A stretch of 64,000 bases of DNA from an uncultured Bacteroidota bacterium (GCA_900542475.1 UQNO01000002.1:64486-128485), one strand, 5' to 3'. Numbered from the stretch's first letter, positions 8,094 through 17,959 are shown. Numbers and translations: made by a program. Notes: generated by a model not told the origin, from the sequence alone.

Positions 8094-10229
8094 ATGAAGG
8101 TATTTCAGACAGACGACATTCGGAACATCGCTCTCATTGGAGCTGCTAAATCCGGAAAGACCACGCTTGCAGAAAACATGATTTTTGAAGGCAAGCTCAT
8201 CAACAGAAAAGGGGACACTACAAGCAAGAACACAGTGTCAGACTACCGCCCAATTGAGACGGAACGCGGTATCTCTGTTAACGCCAGCTTGTGTTATACA
8301 ATCTTTAACAATAAGAAAATAAATATCTTGGATACTCCTGGCTTTAGCGATTTTTCTGGCGATATCGTCGCTTGTCTGAACGCTGTCGACACAGCCGTAT
8401 TCACAGTCAACGCACAGTCGGGTGTCGAGGCTACGACGGAAAACGCATGGAAACACGCTGCAAATACAAACAAACCGATAGTGTTCTTCATGAACCAGCT
8501 CGACCATAACAACGCCAACTTCGAGGACGCCATTCATCAGTTGAAGGAATACTTCGGCGACAAGGTGACTCCTATCCAGTTCCCGGTAAACGCCGGCGAA
8601 GGCTTCAACGCTGTCATCGACCTCATCATGAAGAAGATGCTTGTTTTCAAGAATGGCAACGGTGTTCCCGAGGTTCAAGACATTCCTGCCAATCTCGCGG
8701 ACAAGGCGGAAGAGCTTCACAACGAGCTTATCGAGCACGCTGCGGAGGGTGACGACGCTCTCATGGAGAAATTCTTCGACGAAGGCACGCTTTCAGAGGA
8801 GGATATGGAAAAAGGCATTCGCATGGGCATCGCGAAACGCGAGATATTCCCTGTTGTATGCGGCGCGGCAAAGAGCGGTGTCGGCGTGACACGTCTTCTC
8901 GAATTCATTGTCAACGCCTGCCCATCACCGGCACACGTCGCTCCTGTCAAAGCCGAGAACGGCACGGAGTTCCACAACGATGTCAACGAGCCTACAGCCT
9001 TGTTCTTCTTCAAGATATCCAACGAGCAGAACGTCGGCGACGTCTCCATGGCGCGTGTCTATGGTGGCACGGTGTCGGAGGCTCAAGACCTCGTCAACCC
9101 ACGCACGGGCAACAAAGAGCGCATCTCGCAGATACTCGTTTCCAACGGTAAGAACCGCGAGAGAGTGGAGAAAGCATGCGCTGGCGACATCATCTCGACA
9201 ATCAAGTTGAAAGATGTCCGCGTGGGCGACAGCCTCGTTGACGCAAAGGTGGCAGAAGCCGCATTCCCTGCAATACAGTTCCCGACACCTGTCTTCTCAA
9301 TAGCTATCAAAGCTGTCAACTCACAGGAAGATGAAAAACTTGGGAGCATCCTCAACGATATGCACAAGACCGACCCGACTATCATCACAGGTATGTCGCG
9401 CGAGTTGAAACAGAATATCCTTCAGTGCCAGGGTGAATATCACCTCAACACTATCAAATGGTATCTCGACAATGTACATAAAATCGCTGTTGAGTTTGCA
9501 TCACCTAAGATTCCTTACAGAGAGACCATCACAAAGTCGGCTAACGGCGACTATCGTCATAAGAAACAGTCAGGTGGTTCAGGTCAGTTTGGCGAGGTTC
9601 ACATGCGCCTGGCTCCTTACTATGAAGGATACACCGACCCGACAGATTTACAGGTTCGTGACACTCAAGAATACGACCTTCCATGGGGCGGCAAGCTCAT
9701 CTTCAAGAACTGTATCGTCGGTGGCTCCATTGACGCGCGTTTCATGCCGGCTATCTTGAAAGGTATCAACGAGCGTCTCGAAGAAGGTCCTCTCACAGGT
9801 TCGTATGCGCGCGATATCGTCGTTTACGTGTATGACGGTAAGATGCACCCTGTTGATTCTAACGAAATGGCATTCAAGATCGCGGGTCGTATGGCATTCT
9901 CAATAGCATTCAAGGCAGCGGGTCCTAAAATTATGGAACCTATTTACGACCTCACAGTCCGTATGCCAGAAGATATGATGGGTGCTGTCAATACCGACCT
10001 CCAGAGCCGTCGCGCAATCATCATGGGTATGGATTCTGACAGAAACTACCAGATTATCCGTGCTAAAGTGCCGCTTGCGGAGATGGATCGTTATTCGACA
10101 TCTCTCAGCTCTCTCACCTCCGGTCGTGGCTCGTTCACAATGACATACGCTGAATACGCTCAAGTCCCGGCCGATGTCCAGACCAAGCTGTTGAAAGCGT
10201 ACGAGGAATCGAAGAAAGACGAAGATTAA
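8094..10229 (+). CDS. Elongation factor G family GTPase (divergent EF-G paralog)
   Basis: 711 aa with G1 AKSGKTTL, G3 DTPGFSDF and EF-G-like domain order. Its length argues against a TetM/TetQ-type ribosomal protection protein. Confidence 0.75.
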   Translation: MKVFQTDDIRNIALIGAAKSGKTTLAENMIFEGKLINRKGDTTSKNTVSDYRPIETERGISVNASLCYTIFNNKKINILDTPGFSDFSGDIVACLNAVDTAVFTVNAQSGVEATTENAWKHAANTNKPIVFFMNQLDHNNANFEDAIHQLKEYFGDKVTPIQFPVNAGEGFNAVIDLIMKKMLVFKNGNGVPEVQDIPANLADKAEELHNELIEHAAEGDDALMEKFFDEGTLSEEDMEKGIRMGIAKREIFPVVCGAAKSGVGVTRLLEFIVNACPSPAHVAPVKAENGTEFHNDVNEPTALFFFKISNEQNVGDVSMARVYGGTVSEAQDLVNPRTGNKERISQILVSNGKNRERVEKACAGDIISTIKLKDVRVGDSLVDAKVAEAAFPAIQFPTPVFSIAIKAVNSQEDEKLGSILNDMHKTDPTIITGMSRELKQNILQCQGEYHLNTIKWYLDNVHKIAVEFASPKIPYRETITKSANGDYRHKKQSGGSGQFGEVHMRLAPYYEGYTDPTDLQVRDTQEYDLPWGGKLIFKNCIVGGSIDARFMPAILKGINERLEEGPLTGSYARDIVVYVYDGKMHPVDSNEMAFKIAGRMAFSIAFKAAGPKIMEPIYDLTVRMPEDMMGAVNTDLQSRRAIIMGMDSDRNYQIIRAKVPLAEMDRYSTSLSSLTSGRGSFTMTYAEYAQVPADVQTKLLKAYEESKKDED

Positions 10230-10243
10230 TTTTGCGATTTACT

Positions 10244-10271
10244 GTAGAGACGTTTCTTGAAACGTCTCTAC
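10244..10271. terminator. Bidirectional terminator hairpin between convergent genes
   Basis: Perfect palindrome GTAGAGACGTTTC-TT-GAAACGTCTCTAC between the EF-G-like gene and mnmA. Confidence 0.55.
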
Positions 10272-11333
10272 TTATTCTATTACTCCGCTTCCCAGCACCA
10301 CGGGTTCGGTCTCGTGATAGATTGTGCCGAACTGACCGCCGGCAACGCCTGAAATCATCGCGTCGGAGTTGATTTTCAAGCCTTTCTCTGTGATGCCGAG
10401 CGTGCCAGTGCGGAACTCGGGCTGGTGACGGATTTTATATCTCACTTTCTCGCCTTCTGTGAACTTGATGACAGGGTTCATCGCTTGCACATCGACAAGT
10501 TCTATGATATTGGTGTATTGCGCCTCGGGGTCGTAGCCCTGCGATACAAAAACGATGTTCTGTTCAGTGTCTTTCTTGACAACGAACCACGGACCGCCTC
10601 CTAATCCCAGTCCCTTGCGCTGACCGATGGTGTGGAACCAGAATCCTTTGTGTCTGCCGAGTTTTTTGCCGGTCTCAAGCTCGATGATATCACCTTCTTT
10701 CTCTCCGACGTATTCGCGAATATAATCGCTGTAGTTGATTTTCCCCAAGAAGCAGATGCCTTGGGAGTCATGACGTCGCGCACTCGGGAGACCGTATTTT
10801 TTGGCTAACTGCCGCACCTCGCTCTTCGGAATGCCTCCGACAGGAAACATCGCCTTCTTAAGCTGCGGATATGTTATCCTTGCCAGAAAATCGGTCTGGT
10901 CTTTGAATGTGTCGATGGCAGTGCCCAACCAGGCGATGCCGTCATTGTCAATCCATTGCCGGGCATAGTGTCCGGTGGCGATGCGGTCGAACTGATAGCC
11001 CGCTTTCTCCTCGAAAGCGCCGAACTTGATGAAACGGTTGCACATCACGTCCGGGTTGGGAGTGAGACCATTGCGCACAGAGTCCATGGTGTAACGCGCC
11101 ACACGGTCGTAATACTCTTTCTGCAAGTCGATGATGTCGAATTTGCAGCCGTATTTTTTCGCTATATAGGTGGTTATTTCAATGTCTTCCTCCGAAGGGC
11201 AGTCCATCAGGTCTTCCTTGCCCTCAAGTCCAATCTTGATGTAAAAGATATGAGGGTCAATGCCTTGCTCCTTAAGGAGTGGCACTATCACCGAACTATC
11301 GACACCGCCCGATACTAAAGCTGCAACATTCAT
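10272..11333 (-). CDS. mnmA: tRNA-specific 2-thiouridylase MnmA
   Basis: N-terminal PP-loop SGGVDSSV and full-length similarity to MnmA/TrmU. Confidence 0.9.
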   Translation of the reverse strand: MNVAALVSGGVDSSVIVPLLKEQGIDPHIFYIKIGLEGKEDLMDCPSEEDIEITTYIAKKYGCKFDIIDLQKEYYDRVARYTMDSVRNGLTPNPDVMCNRFIKFGAFEEKAGYQFDRIATGHYARQWIDNDGIAWLGTAIDTFKDQTDFLARITYPQLKKAMFPVGGIPKSEVRQLAKKYGLPSARRHDSQGICFLGKINYSDYIREYVGEKEGDIIELETGKKLGRHKGFWFHTIGQRKGLGLGGGPWFVVKKDTEQNIVFVSQGYDPEAQYTNIIELVDVQAMNPVIKFTEGEKVRYKIRHQPEFRTGTLGITEKGLKINSDAMISGVAGGQFGTIYHETEPVVLGSGVIE

Positions 11334-11338
11334 GCCTT

Positions 11339-12103
11339 TTATTTATTTAATTCTACAACAACCGGACAATGGTCGGAGTGCTTTGCCTCGGGTAATATCG
11401 AGGCCCTGATGATATTGTCTTTCAAAGAGTTTGTAACTATATGATAATCAATGCGCCAGCCTTTGTTATTGGCTCTTGCGTTGGCTCGATAGCTCCACCA
11501 TGAATAATGATGCGGCTCCTTGCAGAGATAACGAAAGCTGTCGATGTAGCCGTCGCCGAGGAAGTCGGTGAACCATTGCCGCTCTTCCGGCAAAAAGCCC
11601 GAGCTTGTGGCGTTTCTCACAGGGTCGTGAATGTCGATAGCCTCGTGGCAGATGTTATAATCGCCCGAAAGAACTAAATTGGGGCGTTCTTTTCGCAACT
11701 CATTGACATGATGACGGAAGAATTCGAGCCATTCCATCTTGAAATCCTGGCGTTCCTCTCCCGTGGTGCCGGAAGGGTGATACACGCTTACAATCGACAG
11801 ATCGCCGAAGTCAGCTCTGAGAAAACGCCCTTCGTCGTCGTATTTCTTATTGTTCATGCCGAAAACCACCTTGTCAGGCTCCTTTTTCGTGAGAATTCCC
11901 ACTCCGCTATAGCCTTTCTTCTGTGCCGAGAACCAGAAGCTGTGATAGCCCATTGCCTCAATCTCCATCACCGGAATCTGGTCCGGCATGGCTTTCAACT
12001 CCTGAAAGCACACTATATCCGGCGATACCGAGTCGAGCCACTCGAGCAGGCCTTTCGATATCGCTGCACGAATTCCATTTACATTATAACTGATTATCTT
12101 CAT
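11339..12103 (-). CDS. xth: Exodeoxyribonuclease III (Xth family AP endonuclease)
   Basis: MKIISYNVNGIRA...CFQELK...and a C-terminal SDHCPV motif. The track start (MTIG) derives from the ATGAC of a repeat, so the start is set at MKII. Confidence 0.85.
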   Translation of the reverse strand: MKIISYNVNGIRAAISKGLLEWLDSVSPDIVCFQELKAMPDQIPVMEIEAMGYHSFWFSAQKKGYSGVGILTKKEPDKVVFGMNNKKYDDEGRFLRADFGDLSIVSVYHPSGTTGEERQDFKMEWLEFFRHHVNELRKERPNLVLSGDYNICHEAIDIHDPVRNATSSGFLPEERQWFTDFLGDGYIDSFRYLCKEPHHYSWWSYRANARANNKGWRIDYHIVTNSLKDNIIRASILPEAKHSDHCPVVVELNK

Positions 12104-12110
12104 ACCAATC

Positions 12111-12150
12111 GTCATTTCGACCGATCGCAGGGAGCGGAGAAATCTCCCTC
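12111..12150. repeat. MITE-like repeat terminus (copy D: GTCATTTCGACCGATCG plus GGGAG/CTCCC hairpin)
   Basis: An inverted partner CAGTCGAAATGAC lies at 12257-12269. The pair flanks an about 105-bp AT-rich segment. Confidence 0.5.
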
Positions 12151-12343
12151 AATCAGTGCAATTATTTATTTCATCTATATTTATTATGTCTGTATCATTA
12201 ACCAATTTTATCTCACAATTATATTTATCCGTATGTGATATTTCGCCTATCGGCTTCAGTCGAAATGACTATTGAAGTGCAAAAATAGTTATTTTTTTCA
12301 AAAAATGTTCAATTCTTAAAATCATTTTTTTTATTTTTGCGAT

Positions 12344-14134
12344 ATGAGTTTTAGATTGAAGGCGCGAGTGAAAAAAGTCTTTAAATCATTGAGCGATTGG
12401 CGGTTAACGCATCTTTCCGACCGTCGTTTGATGATAATTTTGGCTATTCCGACTGGTTTTTTAGCTGGTTTGGCTGCTGTCATCATCAAATTTCTCGCCC
12501 ATTCGATTCGGGATTTCTTCTTTTATCTAAGAACTTTCGACCGTAATGTCGATCCTATGTTTTTTGTCTTGCCTGCAATAGGTATCTTGTTGACAATCAT
12601 TGTGATACGATATGTCATTAGACGTGATGTAGGTCATGGCATACCTGGTCTTTTGTATGCTTTGTCGCGAAACAAAGGCATAGTGAAGCCATATACCACG
12701 TTTTCGTCCATCATCACTAGTGCGCTGACAGTAGGCTTCGGCGGCTCCGTCGGATTGGAGGGCCCTTCGGTGTCAACAGGTGGCTCTATAGGCTCCAATA
12801 TCGGACAGTTTCTGAAACTTAACCAGAAACAAATCAATGTACTGATAGGTATGGGCGGCGCCTCGGCTCTTGCATCCATCTTCCAGGCTCCTATCACAGG
12901 TGTCATCTTTGCCATGGAGGTTTTTATGATAGACATCTCCATGACGGCTCTCATACCTATTATAATATCCGCTTTTTGCGCTATCCTGACATCATATTAT
13001 TTCCTTGGTCGAGCCTTTGAGTATGACATCACTATCATCGACTCGTTTGTCCCGTCTAACTCGTTGTATTACGTAGGTTTAGGTCTCGTGGTCGGACTTG
13101 TCTCGGCCTATTTCATGAGAATTTATTTTGATGTGGGGAAGAGATTTGGAAAGATTGAAAACCCTTGGAAACGCTTCGTCATCGCTGCCTTGGGTCTCGG
13201 TGCCTTGATTTACGTGTTCCCCTCGTTGTACGGTGAGGGCTACGAGACCATCAACACCGCATTGAACGGCAATGCGTCCGACATCTTGCAAGGCACTATG
13301 TTTCAGTCGTTTAGTGATAACATCTGGGTGGTGATTCTGGTTTTCGTGGCTATCATCTTGTGCAAGGCGTTTGCCACGTCTCTCACCTTCGCCGCTGGTG
13401 GTGTCGGCGGCACATTCGCTCCGGCATTGTTTTTAGGTGCTATGACAGGTATGTCGTATGCTCTGATTATCAATAATTTAGGGGGCAACCTCGATGTGTC
13501 TAAATTCGCGCTTGTGGGAATGAGCGGTCTCATCGCCGGTATGTTGCATGCCCCTCTGACAGGTATCTTCCTCATCGCGGAAATAACCAACGGATACTCG
13601 CTGATGGTGCCTCTGATGATAGTGTCGGCCCTCTCGCTCGCCGTGAATCGCATCTTCTTCCGTGAATCGATTTACACACACGGCATAGCCGAAAAAGGCG
13701 TGAAAGTGTCGTTCAATAAAGACGAGACTATACTTAACATGATGACATCCAGCAACTTGATAGAGACGAACTTCATCACCATTCGACCGGAGCAGACCCT
13801 CGGCGATTTAGTGAAAATCATAGCATCATCATCAAGAAATATATTCCCTGTTGTGGCAGAAAACGGTGATTTCAAAGGGCATATCCTCTTCGACGACGTG
13901 CGCTCGTTCATGTTCGACACAAGCCTTTATGGCATCTCCGTCGAAAAAATCATGGTCTATCCCGACTATGTCATAAATTATGACGAGGATATGGAAAGCA
14001 TAGTCCAGAAATTCGAGGAATCACATAAATACAACATAGTGATTGTCGAGAATGGCAAATATCTTGGCTATATCTCCCGCGCCAACGTCTTCTCTACCTA
14101 TCAAGCCACATTGAAAGAAATCTCGGCGGAATAA
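12344..14134 (+). CDS. ClC-family voltage-gated chloride channel / H+-Cl- antiporter with C-terminal CBS pair
   Basis: GGSVGLEGP selectivity motif, multiple TM helices and C-terminal CBS-like domains. Confidence 0.85.
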   Translation: MSFRLKARVKKVFKSLSDWRLTHLSDRRLMIILAIPTGFLAGLAAVIIKFLAHSIRDFFFYLRTFDRNVDPMFFVLPAIGILLTIIVIRYVIRRDVGHGIPGLLYALSRNKGIVKPYTTFSSIITSALTVGFGGSVGLEGPSVSTGGSIGSNIGQFLKLNQKQINVLIGMGGASALASIFQAPITGVIFAMEVFMIDISMTALIPIIISAFCAILTSYYFLGRAFEYDITIIDSFVPSNSLYYVGLGLVVGLVSAYFMRIYFDVGKRFGKIENPWKRFVIAALGLGALIYVFPSLYGEGYETINTALNGNASDILQGTMFQSFSDNIWVVILVFVAIILCKAFATSLTFAAGGVGGTFAPALFLGAMTGMSYALIINNLGGNLDVSKFALVGMSGLIAGMLHAPLTGIFLIAEITNGYSLMVPLMIVSALSLAVNRIFFRESIYTHGIAEKGVKVSFNKDETILNMMTSSNLIETNFITIRPEQTLGDLVKIIASSSRNIFPVVAENGDFKGHILFDDVRSFMFDTSLYGISVEKIMVYPDYVINYDEDMESIVQKFEESHKYNIVIVENGKYLGYISRANVFSTYQATLKEISAE

Positions 14135-14195
14135 ACGGAAATTGAAAGTGTAAAACTAAAGGAATGCGAAGCAACATGTATGCAACACCACGCTT

Positions 14196-14801
14196 TCAAC
14201 TTTTCTCTCTCAACACTTTATGATGAAATCGGTCGTTCCACAAAGCCCACATCAAAAAAATCACCACATAAAACATTATCTTAAATATAACATCATGAGC
14301 TAATGCGAATGAATCAGGGAATGGTCTTAAAAACAGGGCTATTCCGACGATTCTCACCACATTGGTGAACTCTATGATGACTAATCCGAGAGGTATATAC
14401 CATGCTTTGTGCTTCCATGGCCCCGGGAAGAGAAGCATCAGGAAAAGCCAATGCAGCCACTGTTTGAGGCTGGTGCATTCAGGCGCTACCGTCACAGCGG
14501 AATATGAATCGTGATAGTTCTCAAAGATTATAGACTGTCCTTTGGTGAAGAAATCCATGCGGAACACATGGTCGAGTGTATAGGTGCTTTGGTTGAAAAG
14601 CAACCTTGAAGCCCAGCCGAAGAGCTTATCGACAGTGCCTTTTATCGGCCAGAAATCCAACGGTCCCTCCCAAATCACATACAAGATATGGAAACTGAAA
14701 ATCAAAGTAAGGAACAGCCCGACATCAAAATACGTCTGATACCGACAGTCATTATAAAGAGCCCTGATTCGCTCTCTATTTATATCTTTAAGCCTGATCA
14801 T
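14196..14801 (-). CDS. Exosortase-family membrane protein (XrtF-like)
   Basis: 201-aa polytopic protein with an exosortase-like Cys motif (VAPECTSLK, compare CSGxRS) and NxxRI motif (TNVVRIV). Assigned by motif recognition only. Confidence 0.45.
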   Translation of the reverse strand: MIRLKDINRERIRALYNDCRYQTYFDVGLFLTLIFSFHILYVIWEGPLDFWPIKGTVDKLFGWASRLLFNQSTYTLDHVFRMDFFTKGQSIIFENYHDSYSAVTVAPECTSLKQWLHWLFLMLLFPGPWKHKAWYIPLGLVIIEFTNVVRIVGIALFLRPFPDSFALAHDVIFKIMFYVVIFLMWALWNDRFHHKVLREKS

Positions 14802-14821
14802 CTAAATAAGAATATTTCATA

Positions 14822-15610
14822 CTATCTAATTCGATATCCTACGATAAACTGCAATGAGTTTGTGGTTGACTTGACATCGTCATAATAGTATTTTACAACC
14901 CCTTCGCTGTTATGCGAGGTGTCGTTATAAGGTGTTTTCTGTTTTAAGACATTCACCAGTCCGAGAGTGTAGCGGGCGGAAAAGAAGATGTCGCCCCAAC
15001 GAGCCGTCAGGCCGCCTGTCGCTCCTATGTTCAACGGATTGTATTCGTCTTTGCCGTCATAAACGTGGTTCTTATGGAAAGGCCCTTTCTTCGTTTCCTT
15101 GGTCATTCTGAAGCAATAACTTGGCTGAACGCCGAGATCGACAGATATGTCTTGCAAGACATAGATGTTAATCATAATGGCGGCGCTCAAATTGCTCATC
15201 TTCAGGCTTGATTCGTAGTTATACGTCATGTAATCGTTGTCGGCAATGTTTTTTTGATTGACGGTGCCTTTCAGCTTATAGCCATATTGTTGGTAAAGCA
15301 ACTCGAACTGAAGACCGACGTTATCGCTGGCCTTATAATCGAAAAATCCTCCGAAAAAGAGATTTCCGTTGGGCTTTGCCGAGGCGTTATCGACAGGAAG
15401 ATATGAAATCTTGTAAGATGTGTCTTGTGTCGATGGATTTATCACGGTCACGGTATTCGGCTCGCTGTCATCGTAATATAACGAACGGCTGATGTTCATC
15501 GTATTCACGCTTCCGCCGAAGAAAATGCCGTAATGCATCTCGCTCTGGGCCAAAATATTCAGGCTGAACATCATCAACAAGAGGACTGTAAAGGTTAGTT
15601 TCTTATACAT
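14822..15610 (-). CDS. Outer-membrane beta-barrel protein (porin-like, signal peptide present)
   Basis: N-terminal signal peptide, alternating beta-strand pattern and an aromatic C-terminus (GYRIR). Confidence 0.6.
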   Translation of the reverse strand: MYKKLTFTVLLLMMFSLNILAQSEMHYGIFFGGSVNTMNISRSLYYDDSEPNTVTVINPSTQDTSYKISYLPVDNASAKPNGNLFFGGFFDYKASDNVGLQFELLYQQYGYKLKGTVNQKNIADNDYMTYNYESSLKMSNLSAAIMINIYVLQDISVDLGVQPSYCFRMTKETKKGPFHKNHVYDGKDEYNPLNIGATGGLTARWGDIFFSARYTLGLVNVLKQKTPYNDTSHNSEGVVKYYYDDVKSTTNSLQFIVGYRIR

Positions 15611-15688
15611 TGTTCAAAAAATTTTTTACAAAAGTAATAAAAAAATAATAAAAGTAGTATCTTTGTGAGATTTTTTTATTGAAAAGAT

Positions 15689-16483
15689 ATGAATTTGAGA
15701 GTCACATGCGTGCAGAGCGATGTCATCGCGAGAGACCCGGAGGGCAATCGCCGCCATCTTGAAGAGATTCTGAAAGACGTTGAAAGCACTGATGTTATCG
15801 TGTTTCCGGAGACATTCACCACGGGCTTTCCCGCCGACCCTGATAAATTTTCCGAAGAACTCGGCGGTCCGACGATGGAATGGATGGAGAGAATCGCGAG
15901 AGAGAAGAATTGCGCAGTGTGCGGCACCATCTTGACAAAAGCCGGCAGTCGCAAATGTTGTCGAAACACTCCTGAAGAGGGCTTTTACAACACTTTTATA
16001 TGGATGGAGCCGGGCTGGAAGTTTTATGTATATAACAAGAGACATCTGTTTACCATGGGAGGTGAGATAGGACTCAACCGTGGCGAGGAAAACATCACTA
16101 TAGAATACAAAGGCTGGAGGATTCGTCCTTTTGTGTGCTATGATTTGCGCTTTCCGGTGTGGAACCGCAACAGTTTTCATGACGAAAAGTTTGAATATGA
16201 CATGGCAATCTTCGTCGCCGAATGGCCGAAAAAGAAATCAGAGGTGTGGAATACTCTTTTGAGAGCGAGAGCCATTGAGAATCAGGCGTTTGTGGTGGGG
16301 GTGAACAGAGTCGGCATCGACGACAGCGAGATAGAGTACGAGGGCGAGAGCATGATTTTGAACATGAAAGGACGTGTGGTGGCGCAGGCTGCGAATGGCG
16401 AGAGCGTGGTGACGGCGGAACTGAACATGGAAGACCTGCTGTCGTTCCGAGATTATTTTATTGTTGCAAAAGATTGGGATTAA
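15689..16483 (+). CDS. Carbon-nitrogen hydrolase family protein (omega-amidase/nitrilase-like)
   Basis: E-K-C catalytic triad context (FPETF...CYDLRFP). Confidence 0.85.
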   Translation: MNLRVTCVQSDVIARDPEGNRRHLEEILKDVESTDVIVFPETFTTGFPADPDKFSEELGGPTMEWMERIAREKNCAVCGTILTKAGSRKCCRNTPEEGFYNTFIWMEPGWKFYVYNKRHLFTMGGEIGLNRGEENITIEYKGWRIRPFVCYDLRFPVWNRNSFHDEKFEYDMAIFVAEWPKKKSEVWNTLLRARAIENQAFVVGVNRVGIDDSEIEYEGESMILNMKGRVVAQAANGESVVTAELNMEDLLSFRDYFIVAKDWD

Positions 16484-16493
16484 TATTTAAAAT

Positions 16494-17834
16494 ATGGACA
16501 TAATCATTGCTGGAGACGGTGAAGTCGGTATGCACCTGGCGGAAGCCTTGGAAAGCAGCGACCATAACATCACCATCGTTGACCCTCACGAGGAGCTGCT
16601 CAAAATGATGGAGTCGCACTCCGACTTGATGACGATAGCCGGCGACTCTACTTCCATCAGCACATTGCAGAAAGCCAACGTGAAGAGAGCCGACATGGTC
16701 ATCGCGGTGCTTCACGACGAACATATCAACCTGCTGACAGGTATCTTGGCGAAGAAACTCGGCGCAAAACGTGTCATAGTGCGCGTCAACACCATGGAGA
16801 ACCTCAGCCCGGAGTCGTGGCGTATATACCAAGACCTCGGCATCGACGGTATTATCTCGCCGGAAGACATCGCGGCGCAAGAGATTATCACCTTGCTGAA
16901 ACAGACAGCGGCGACAGAGGCTTACGACTTCGCGGGTGGTAAACTCGAAATGTATATGATGAAACTCGACGACAACGCCACCGTGCTCGACAAACCTCTC
17001 GAAGAGATAGCCGAGCGTTTCAAACACCTCGACTTTAAATTAGTCGCAATACATCGTCGCCAAAGCACTTTCATCCCGCGCGACGGCGACACTCTCAAGG
17101 TCGGCGACATGGTGTACGTCATCACGAAACCAAGTGCCATCAGAGAACTGATGCAAATGGGCGGCAAACAGAGCTTCAGTATTCATAACGTCATGATTAT
17201 CGGCGGCGGACGTGTTGGGCGTATCACCGCCAAACGTCTCGAAAAAGATATGGACATCAAGATTATAGAAATGGATAAAAACCGTTGCTATGACCTTACC
17301 AATTTGCTGTCGAACACCTTGGTTGTCAACGCCGACGCACGTGATGTCGATATGCTTGAAGAAGAAGGCATCAAGAGCGTCGATGCTTTCATCGCGGTGA
17401 CGGAAAACACCGAGACCAATATTCTTACATGCCTGCAAGCCAAGGCTTACGGCGTGAAAAAAACAATCGCTTTGGTGGAAAACATTGATTATATAGACAT
17501 CTCGCAAAACATCGGTATCGATACCATTATCAATAAGAAACTTATCGCTGCGAGCCACATAGTGCGCTATACTCTCGGCGACAACGTCTCGACGCTGAAG
17601 TGCCTCAGCGGCATCGATGCCGACATCATGGAGTTCGTGGTGCCCGACGGCTGCCTCGCCACCATGCGGCCTATCAACAGACTGCATGTCCCCGAAGGCG
17701 CCATCATAGGCGGCATAATACGTGATGAGATGAGCTATATCGCAACCGGTGACTTCCAAATCGAAGCCGAAGACCGCGTGGTGGTGCTGACGTTGCCAAA
17801 TGCAATAAAAGAAGTGGAAAGGTTGTTCAGATGA
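16494..17834 (+). CDS. trkA: Trk system potassium uptake protein TrkA (tandem RCK domains)
   Basis: Two NAD-binding Rossmann motifs (IIIAGDGEVG, VMIIGGGRVG) plus RCK_C. Confidence 0.9.
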   Translation: MDIIIAGDGEVGMHLAEALESSDHNITIVDPHEELLKMMESHSDLMTIAGDSTSISTLQKANVKRADMVIAVLHDEHINLLTGILAKKLGAKRVIVRVNTMENLSPESWRIYQDLGIDGIISPEDIAAQEIITLLKQTAATEAYDFAGGKLEMYMMKLDDNATVLDKPLEEIAERFKHLDFKLVAIHRRQSTFIPRDGDTLKVGDMVYVITKPSAIRELMQMGGKQSFSIHNVMIIGGGRVGRITAKRLEKDMDIKIIEMDKNRCYDLTNLLSNTLVVNADARDVDMLEEEGIKSVDAFIAVTENTETNILTCLQAKAYGVKKTIALVENIDYIDISQNIGIDTIINKKLIAASHIVRYTLGDNVSTLKCLSGIDADIMEFVVPDGCLATMRPINRLHVPEGAIIGGIIRDEMSYIATGDFQIEAEDRVVVLTLPNAIKEVERLFR

Positions 17835-17835
17835 C

Positions 17836-17945
17836 CTCGTCGTTTCGAGCCTGTCGATTTCGTCATTTCGAGCTTGTCGAGAAATCTACAGCAAGGTGAT
17901 GGGATAATTTGCAAGAGGTAGATTTCTCCACCTGCTGCAGTCGAT
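17836..17945. repeat. MITE-like repeat, copy E (direct GTCGTTTCGAGC/GTCATTTCGAGC plus hairpin GTCGAGAAATCTAC...GTAGATTTCTCCAC)
   Basis: Contains the family motif and a 14-bp inverted repeat. It probably also acts as the trkA terminator. Confidence 0.5.
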
Positions 17946-17959
17946 AAAAATAACAAAAA

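Noticed and set aside
8094-10229. Possibility that the EF-G-like gene is a Tet(M)/Tet(Q) ribosomal protection protein
   Set aside because: The length (711 aa) and domain spacing fit EF-G paralogs better than RPPs of about 640 aa. There is no mobile-element context either. It is retained as an EF-G family paralog.
15626-17759. Minus-strand ORFs 15626-16180, 16458-17027 and 17040-17759
   Set aside because: They are antisense to the C-N hydrolase and trkA genes, which have strong family signatures. Their Arg/His/Val-rich low-complexity translations are typical of shadow ORFs.
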